A program made the translations under genes and the position numbers. Shown piece after piece: positions 57,933-64,000 of a stretch of DNA of 64,000 nucleotides. This stretch comes from Longimicrobiales bacterium (GTDB lineage: Bacteria; Gemmatimonadota; Gemmatimonadetes; Longimicrobiales; Gaopeijiaceae): NCBI GenBank assembly GCA_965203485.1, contig OZ241892.1, forward strand, positions 928,001 to 992,000, given 5' to 3'. The notes below the pieces were generated by a model. It did not search any database. It was given only the letters and a program-made list of their open reading frames with translations, and was not told the DNA's origin. How positions within the stretch are numbered: the stretch's first letter is position 1; each line of letters starts with the position of its first letter.

Positions 57933-59112
57933 CCGCCCGCCCCCCGGGCGCGCCGGCCGCATCCGGTCCCTGCGCCGTTCCCGGCCCTCCCTTGCGACCA
58001 CGGGCCGCGGCCCGCAGCTGGCCGCACGCGGCGTCGATGTCGCGGCCCCGAGGCTGGCGCACGGCGGCTGCCACTCCGCGGGCCCGCAACGCGTCGCGAA
58101 ATGCCCTCGTTCGCGCGGGCCGGCTCGGGCGCCAGTCCACGTATGGGATCGGATTGAAGGGGATGAGGTTGACGAATGCGTCGGCCCGCAGCGCCAGCTT
58201 CGCGAGCTCCTCCGCCAGCCCGGTCTCGTCGTTCACGCCCCGGATCATCGTGTACTCGAACGTGATTCGGCGCCCGCCCTTGCGGTTGAAGACGTCCAGC
58301 GCCTCCATCAAGTCGTCCAGCGGCCACCGCTTCTCGATCGGCACGAGTTCCGCCCGCAGGCTGGACACGGGCGCGTGCAGGGACACCGCCAAGCGGAACT
58401 GCTCTTCGCGCTGGGCGAGCGCCAGAATTCCCGGCACCACGCCAACGGTCGAGACGGTGATTCGCCGCGCCCCGATCCCGTAGCCGGCGTTCAGGATCGC
58501 AAGCGCCGGGAACACGGCGGCCCGGTTGGCCATGGGTTCGCCCATTCCCATGAACACCACGTTGGTGACGCTCCCGAGCCCCGACGCGCGCGCCCAGCGC
58601 GCCGCCGCTCTGTACTGTCCCGCGATCTCGCCCGCCGAGAGATGGCGCCCGAACCCCGACCAGCCCGTCGCGCAGAACTTGCACGCCAGGGCGCAGCCCG
58701 CCTGCGACGAGACGCACAGCGTGAGCCTGCGCCCGTCCGGAATCAGCACGCTCTCCACCACGTCGCCGCACGTGAGCCTCCAGAGGTGCTTGGCCGTGCC
58801 GTCCGCCGACTTGGCCGTTCTGTCCCGCGCCGGCTCGTCGAGCCGAAACGCTTCGGCGAGCGCGTCCCTTTCGCGAGCGGGCAGGTTCGTCATGCCGCCC
58901 ACGTCCGTTGCGGCGCACCCGAACACCCATTCGGCCACTTGGCGGGCACGGTAGGCGGGCTGGCCCCGGGCTCGGAAGTGCCGCGCGAGCGCTTCGTGGA
59001 GCCGCGAGGGCGGCAGGCCCAGCAGGTTCGGGCGGGCGCTCGCCGCGTTCGTCGGGCGTCCCTCTTCGGCGCCGGCCGCGCGGCAGCGATTTGCTTGGTA
59101 GCCGGATTCCAC
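57889..59112 (-). CDS. rlmN: 23S rRNA/tRNA m2A methyltransferase RlmN (start uncertain)
   Basis: CVSSQAGCALACKFCATG, MGMGEP, SLHAP, NLIPFNP, RGRDIDAACGQL. Confidence 0.95.
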   Translation of the reverse strand: MESGYQANRCRAAGAEEGRPTNAASARPNLLGLPPSRLHEALARHFRARGQPAYRARQVAEWVFGCAATDVGGMTNLPARERDALAEAFRLDEPARDRTAKSADGTAKHLWRLTCGDVVESVLIPDGRRLTLCVSSQAGCALACKFCATGWSGFGRHLSAGEIAGQYRAAARWARASGLGSVTNVVFMGMGEPMANRAAVFPALAILNAGYGIGARRITVSTVGVVPGILALAQREEQFRLAVSLHAPVSSLRAELVPIEKRWPLDDLMEALDVFNRKGGRRITFEYTMIRGVNDETGLAEELAKLALRADAFVNLIPFNPIPYVDWRPSRPARTRAFRDALRARGVAAAVRQPRGRDIDAACGQLRAAARGRKGGPGTAQGPDAAGAPGGRAVSEPASRCGSRGSL

Positions 59113-59281
59113 GAGCGGCGCAGGTCCTCGGTTCGGGGGGAATGCCGGTTGAACGGCGCGCCAACGGTACCTTAAGCTTATCGCCTTGTCGCGGGCGCTC
59201 GGCCCGCGCCTGGCGCGGCGGACGCCGCCGCATCGAATCGTCTTGGACGTCCGCGGAGATCCGCCGGGGAGCTTGCCGCAC

Positions 59282-61081
59282 TTGAATTCGGTCGCGAAGA
59301 GCCGCACGGGCATGCGCTCATGCGCGGTGGGACTGGTTCGCGCCGGCCAGGCCGGCACCCGCTTGGAGCTGGCCGGATGGGTGCATCGCCGCCGCGACTT
59401 GGGGGGCATCGTCTTCCTGGACGTCCGGGACCGCTCGGGCCTGCTTCAGGCCTCGGTCGGGCCGGACTGGTCGTCGCCGTCCGCCGTGGAGGCGGCGGGC
59501 GGGCTCCGCGCCGAGGACGTCGTTTGGATGCGGGGCGAGGTCGCCGCCCGCCCCGAGGCCGCGCGCAACCCCGAGATGGCCACCGGCGACGTCGAGCTGC
59601 GCGTGGTCGACCTCCGCCTGCTCAACCGGGCGCGCACGCCGGCAATTCCCGTGCGCCGCGCGCCGGGCGAGGAGCTCCCCTCCGAGGATCTGCGCCTGCG
59701 CCACCGCGTGCTCGACCTGCGCCGCCCCGGACTCCAGGAAGGCCTCGCCCTTCGGCACCACCTCCTGCTTGCGGCGCGCAACTACTTCGACTCGCAGGGC
59801 TTCCTGGAGATCGAGACGCCGATGCTGACGCGCCCCACGCCCGAGGGCGCGCGCGACTTTCTCGTGCCGAGCCGCGTCCACCCGGGCGAGTGCTTCGCGT
59901 TGCCGCAGAGTCCGCAGCTCTACAAGCAGCTGCTCATGGCCGCCGGCTTCGACCGCTACGTGCAGGTGGCCCGCTGCTTTCGCGACGAGGACCTGCGCGC
60001 CGACCGCCAGCCCGAGTTCACGCAGATCGACGTGGAGGCGTCCTTCGTGGAGCCCGCCGACATCTACCGCTGGTGCGAGGAGCTCATGTCGGCCTTGGCG
60101 CCCCTGGCGGGCATCGACGCGCCCGCCCCGTTCGCGCGCATCTCCCACGGCGACGCCATGGAGCGCTACGGAACCGACCGGCCGGACCTGCGCTGGGACT
60201 TGCGGATTCGCGACGCGACGGCGGCGCTCGGCGGGCTCGAGGCGCGCATCCTGCGCGCGGCGGTGGAGCAGGGCGGGAGGATTCGCGCGCTGGCGGTGGA
60301 CGGGGGCGCGGCCTTGTCGCGCAAGCAGATCGAGGCCGTGGAGGCCGAGGCGAAGGCGGCGGGCGCGCCCGGGCTGCTCTGGGCGAAGCGGGGCGACGGC
60401 GGGGCGACGGGCCCGCTGGCCCGCTTCTTCGAGGACGGGACGAGCGAGCGACTGGGCCTGGCGGCGGGCGGCTTGGCGCTGGTGGCCGCGGGCCCCGACG
60501 CCACGACGTCTCCGGCGCTGGCGGCGGCCCGAGCGGCCGTTGCCGCCGCGCTCTCCCTTCCGCGGCGCACCGACCACGCCTGGGCCTGGATCGTCGGGTT
60601 CCCGGTGTTCGAGCAGGCTTCCGCAGGCGGGCGCGCGCTTGCGGCCGGACACCACCCCTTCGTGCGGCCGCTGGACGAGGACCTCGGCCTGCTCGATTCG
60701 GATCCCCTGTCCGTGCGCGGCCTGGCCTACGACCTCGTCTACAACGGAACGGAGCTGGGCTCGGGCAGCATCAGGAACCACGACGCGGGCCTGCAGGTCC
60801 GCATCTTGGAGCTGCTGGGTCTGGAGCCCGCCGAGGTCGAGGCCAAGTTCGGCTTTCTGCTGGAGGCGTTGCGGTCCGGCGCTCCTCCGCACGGCGGAAT
60901 TGCGCTTGGGGCGGACCGGATGGCGGCGTGCTTCTCGGGCGCGGCCAGCCTGCGCGACGTGATCGCCTTCCCCAAGACGACGGCCGCGAGGGCGCTTCTC
61001 GAGTCGGCTCCCGCGCCCGTGGACGGGGGCGACTTGACGGAGCTGGGGTTGCGTCCTGCGGAGGACGGCGGGGCCGCATGA
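59282..61081 (+). CDS. aspS: Aspartate--tRNA ligase (start 59282 or 59312)
   Basis: GWVHRRRDLGG, TPEGARDFLVP, LPQSPQLYKQ, FRDEDLRADRQPEFTQ, PPHGGIALG, DVIAFPKT. Confidence 0.96.
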   Translation: MNSVAKSRTGMRSCAVGLVRAGQAGTRLELAGWVHRRRDLGGIVFLDVRDRSGLLQASVGPDWSSPSAVEAAGGLRAEDVVWMRGEVAARPEAARNPEMATGDVELRVVDLRLLNRARTPAIPVRRAPGEELPSEDLRLRHRVLDLRRPGLQEGLALRHHLLLAARNYFDSQGFLEIETPMLTRPTPEGARDFLVPSRVHPGECFALPQSPQLYKQLLMAAGFDRYVQVARCFRDEDLRADRQPEFTQIDVEASFVEPADIYRWCEELMSALAPLAGIDAPAPFARISHGDAMERYGTDRPDLRWDLRIRDATAALGGLEARILRAAVEQGGRIRALAVDGGAALSRKQIEAVEAEAKAAGAPGLLWAKRGDGGATGPLARFFEDGTSERLGLAAGGLALVAAGPDATTSPALAAARAAVAAALSLPRRTDHAWAWIVGFPVFEQASAGGRALAAGHHPFVRPLDEDLGLLDSDPLSVRGLAYDLVYNGTELGSGSIRNHDAGLQVRILELLGLEPAEVEAKFGFLLEALRSGAPPHGGIALGADRMAACFSGAASLRDVIAFPKTTAARALLESAPAPVDGGDLTELGLRPAEDGGAA

Positions 61082-61154
61082 CGCTTGGCCGGCGAAGCGG
61101 CGCGTCCGGCACCGCCGCCGCCCGGAGCCGGCAGGCGGCGCCCGGTCGTCCCGC

Positions 61155-62156
61155 ATGACCGCCAAGGACCTGGTCGAGCACCGCATCGGCGCGGAGGGCG
61201 CCGACCAGCTGCTCCTCGCGGGCGTGGCCGACGCCAACTTGCGCGAGCTGGCGTCCGTCTTCGGCGTCAGGGTCGTCCTGCGCCAGGACGGCGTCGTGCT
61301 GGCGGGACAGCCGGGACCGGTGGCCCGCGCGGCGCGGGTGGCCGCCCACATGATCGAGCTCGCTCGTCTCGGCAAGCCGTTCGCGACCGCCGACGTGGCC
61401 CGGTTCGCGACTGCGCTGGCCGCCGAGCCGGGACCGGCGGCCCGGGCCGACGAGGACAGGTTGCGGATCGCGGTGCCCGGCTCGGGGCGCGTCGTCGCGC
61501 CGCGCTCCGACGGCCAGCGCGCCTACCTTCGCGCGATGGACGCGTCGGACGTGGTCGTCGGCATCGGCCCGGCCGGCACGGGCAAGACCTACCTGGCCGT
61601 CGCCCGGGCCGTCAGCGACCTGTTCCGCAAGCGCGTGCGCCGCATAGTCCTCGCGCGCCCGGCGGTCGAGGCCGGCGAGAATCTCGGCTTCCTGCCCGGC
61701 GACCTGCAAGAGAAGGTCGATCCCTATCTGCGCCCGCTCTACGACGCCCTCGAGGACATGATGTCGCCCGCGAGGATTCGGCGCGGAATATCGGACCGCG
61801 TCATCGAGGTCGCCCCGCTCGCGTACATGCGCGGCAGGACGCTGTCGGGCGCTTTCGTCATCCTGGACGAAGCGCAGAACGCGACCGCGGCTCAGATGAA
61901 GATGTTCCTGACCCGCCTGGGTCCCGATTCGCGCGTCGTCGTGACCGGCGACAAGACGCAGATCGATCTCCCCTCCACCCAGCTCTCCGGACTCCTCCAG
62001 ATAGAGAAGATCCTCGGTGGCGTGAAGGGCATCGAGTTCGTCTATCTCGACGCGGGCGACGTGGCCCGGCACCACTTGGTGAGCAGAATCGTCAAGGCGT
62101 ACGACGCCATGGACCGGACCGGAGCCGCCCCGGCGAACGAGCCCGCGGACGCATGA
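61155..62156 (+). CDS. phoH: PhoH family ATPase
   Basis: GPAGTGKTYLA, RPAVEAGENLGFLPG, YMRGRT, LDEAQN, TGDKTQIDL. Confidence 0.94.
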   Translation: MTAKDLVEHRIGAEGADQLLLAGVADANLRELASVFGVRVVLRQDGVVLAGQPGPVARAARVAAHMIELARLGKPFATADVARFATALAAEPGPAARADEDRLRIAVPGSGRVVAPRSDGQRAYLRAMDASDVVVGIGPAGTGKTYLAVARAVSDLFRKRVRRIVLARPAVEAGENLGFLPGDLQEKVDPYLRPLYDALEDMMSPARIRRGISDRVIEVAPLAYMRGRTLSGAFVILDEAQNATAAQMKMFLTRLGPDSRVVVTGDKTQIDLPSTQLSGLLQIEKILGGVKGIEFVYLDAGDVARHHLVSRIVKAYDAMDRTGAAPANEPADA

Positions 62157-62298
62157 CGGGCGCGGAGGCGAGGAACGCCTGGACCGCCCCCCCGGCGGGA
62201 CCGCGCCGGGGCCACGGGCTCGGATTCGCTCGTGACCGGGACTCGCGGCGGCGGGACGTGCCCGGCCGGCCGTGCCGGGCCGCGGGCGAGTTCCGCTC

Positions 62299-64000
62299 GT
62301 GATCGGCGCTCTCGACGGGGCGCCTGGCCGGCCGTGGCCGGACGGGGCCGTGCACCACGGCGCGCGCGCGCTGGCGCTGCTGGGACTCGCGGCGGCGATC
62401 GCGGCCTTGTTCCCGCCGGAGGCGAGGCACATGGCGGGCCGGTACGAAGCGGGCACCGCCAGCGACCGCGACATCTTGGCCGAGATCGCCTTCTCCGTTC
62501 CCAAGGACCCCGCCGTCCTGCAGGCCGAGCGCGAGGCCGCCGCCGCCGCTGTGATTCCGACGTTCGTCCGCCGGGACGAGGCCGCGGACTCCGCGCTGAC
62601 GGCTCTGGCCCGGTTCTTCGCGGCGGTCGATTCGGCCGCGGCCGACGCGGGGACGGCCGGCATCGGCTCCGTGCTGGCGCGCTCGGGCATCGCCGAGGCG
62701 GGGGCGGCGCACGTGCAGGTCCTCGCGGCGCCGGGAGCCCTGCGGCGCCTTCACGGAGATGCCGCGGAGGCGTTCCGCTCCCTGCTCCCGCGCGGCGTGA
62801 CCAGCCCGCGGGCGGCGTCGGTCGTGTCCGCCGACTCGGTCCGGGTCGTGCGCGGAGGCGACGCCTCCGTGATTCCGCGCGAGTCGATCCTGTCGGCCCG
62901 CGAGTTCTTCGACCGGGCCGTCGCGGAGCGCCCGCCGGGGCCCGAGGCCGATCTGCTGCGCATGATCCTCGCGCATCGCCTGCAGCCCAGTCTGGTCGTC
63001 GACGCGGCCCGCACCGGACGAGAGCGGGACGCGGCCCGGCGGGCGGTGAGCCCGACGCTCGCCGAGGTGGTCGAGGGCGAAGCGGTCGTGCGAGCCTACC
63101 AGCGCATAGGGCGGGCGGAGCTGCAGAGGCTGGCGGCGTACGGCGACGCGTTGCGCCAAGCCGGCTCGAGCGCGGCCGGATCCAGGCTGGGCAGCCTGCT
63201 CGGCGGCACGATCCTCAACGCCCTGTTGCTGGGAGCGTTCGGGCTCGTGACGCTGTACTTCAGGCCCGCCGTCTACCACTCGTTCAGAGCGCTGATGACC
63301 GTGGCCGGGATCTTCGCCGTCTACTTCCTGGCCGCGTTCGTGATCGACCAGCAAGGTCTGCCGCCGTCCGCGTTGCCGGTCGTGTTCGTGGCCATCTCGT
63401 TGGCGGCGCTGTGGGACGGCCGCATGGCCGCGCTGGCGGCCTTCGTGCTCGCGTCGCTTACCGCGCTTCAGGCGCCGTTCGCGGAGACGCACGCGTTCGC
63501 GGTCGTCGCGATCGGCGGCGCGGCGGCGTCGCTGACGGTCAGAACGTTCCGCCGGCTCTCGCAGGTCTGGCTGTACATCGCCCTGATCTCGGCGGCCTGC
63601 GCGGCCGCCATCCTCGGGTTGCGGTTGCGGGGCGCCGAGTTCGCCTGGGGCGCCTACCTCGCGGGCGCGCTCGGAAGCGCGATGATCGGCGCGATCCTCT
63701 CCGTCGGCTTTCTCCCGGTGTTCGAGTGGCTGACCGGGATCACGACGGACCCGACGCTCATAGGCTGGGCCGACCCGAACCGGCCGCTCATGCGCCGCCT
63801 TGCCGAACGCGCGCCCGGCACCTTCGCCCACTCGATGCAGGTGGCCGCCTTGGCCGAGGCGGGCGCCGGCGCGGTCGGGGCTCGCGAGCTGCTCTGCCGG
63901 GCCGGCGCGTACTACCACGACGTGGGCAAGCTCGTCCACCCCGAGCACTTCATCGAGAACCAGCAGGGCGCCAATCCCCACGACGCCATGGACCCGTCCG
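62299..64000 (+). CDS. 7TM-HD phosphohydrolase (HDIG; PgpH/YqfF-like), runs off the window end
   Basis: Translated by hand: TM, extracellular domain, multiple TMs, then APGTFAHS..YYHDVGK..FIENQ..NPHD; typical position after phoH. Confidence 0.85.
   Translation, partial: MIGALDGAPGRPWPDGAVHHGARALALLGLAAAIAALFPPEARHMAGRYEAGTASDRDILAEIAFSVPKDPAVLQAEREAAAAAVIPTFVRRDEAADSALTALARFFAAVDSAAADAGTAGIGSVLARSGIAEAGAAHVQVLAAPGALRRLHGDAAEAFRSLLPRGVTSPRAASVVSADSVRVVRGGDASVIPRESILSAREFFDRAVAERPPGPEADLLRMILAHRLQPSLVVDAARTGRERDAARRAVSPTLAEVVEGEAVVRAYQRIGRAELQRLAAYGDALRQAGSSAAGSRLGSLLGGTILNALLLGAFGLVTLYFRPAVYHSFRALMTVAGIFAVYFLAAFVIDQQGLPPSALPVVFVAISLAALWDGRMAALAAFVLASLTALQAPFAETHAFAVVAIGGAAASLTVRTFRRLSQVWLYIALISAACAAAILGLRLRGAEFAWGAYLAGALGSAMIGAILSVGFLPVFEWLTGITTDPTLIGWADPNRPLMRRLAERAPGTFAHSMQVAALAEAGAGAVGARELLCRAGAYYHDVGKLVHPEHFIENQQGANPHDAMDPS

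Noticed and set aside
1060..63981. Many long overlapping or antisense ORFs (e.g. 3649-7056, 19801-22572) and long 5' extensions of recG, purF, purB
   Set aside because: Arg/Pro/Gly/Ala-rich shadow frames expected from very high GC; no family motifs; they overlap well-supported genes
1..64000. Replication origin or terminus suggested by a C-rich left part and G-richer right part
   Set aside because: Only a visual impression; no dnaA, DnaA-box cluster or dif site recognised; needs a computed cumulative skew
1..64000. tRNA, rRNA or riboswitch genes
   Set aside because: None recognised by eye in the intergenic regions; a covariance-model scan would be needed to exclude them

Overview
High-GC bacterial chromosomal window. 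Gene content and order suggest Gemmatimonadota (inference, not tested). About 50 kb is housekeeping: ftsA-ftsZ-M23 peptidase-hypothetical-ftsY-recG-asnS-dehydrogenase; mazG-like, alr, cdd, lipoprotein, OM barrel, mtaB, miaB, lapA-like, comEC, fbp; a minus-strand truA-htrA-purB-purC-psd-pssA-purS-purQL-purF run; trpD, an antisense lexA, trpCFBA; NFACT, HD, LytR_C, lepB, rlmN, aspS, phoH and a partial 7TM-HD gene. The accessory zone lies between fbp and purF (about 23.3-36.6 kb) and has two parts. (1) Two tandem ~1200-aa surface lipoprotein paralogs with Cna-B/SdrD-B-like repeats, built as a mosaic of near-identical and divergent blocks, each preceded by a sigma54-type promoter. (2) A head-to-tail array of four near-identical Rpn (YhgA-like PD-(D/E)XK nuclease) genes plus a decayed fifth copy. 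The four copies differ mostly by repeat-mediated indels, and the array is bounded by a 61-bp duplication of the purF 3' end. Other notable features: a PurQ-PurL single ORF and four phased CCGAA repeats over the lexA promoter (candidate SOS box). Many start codons are by-eye choices, and all family calls come from recognised motifs, not database searches.
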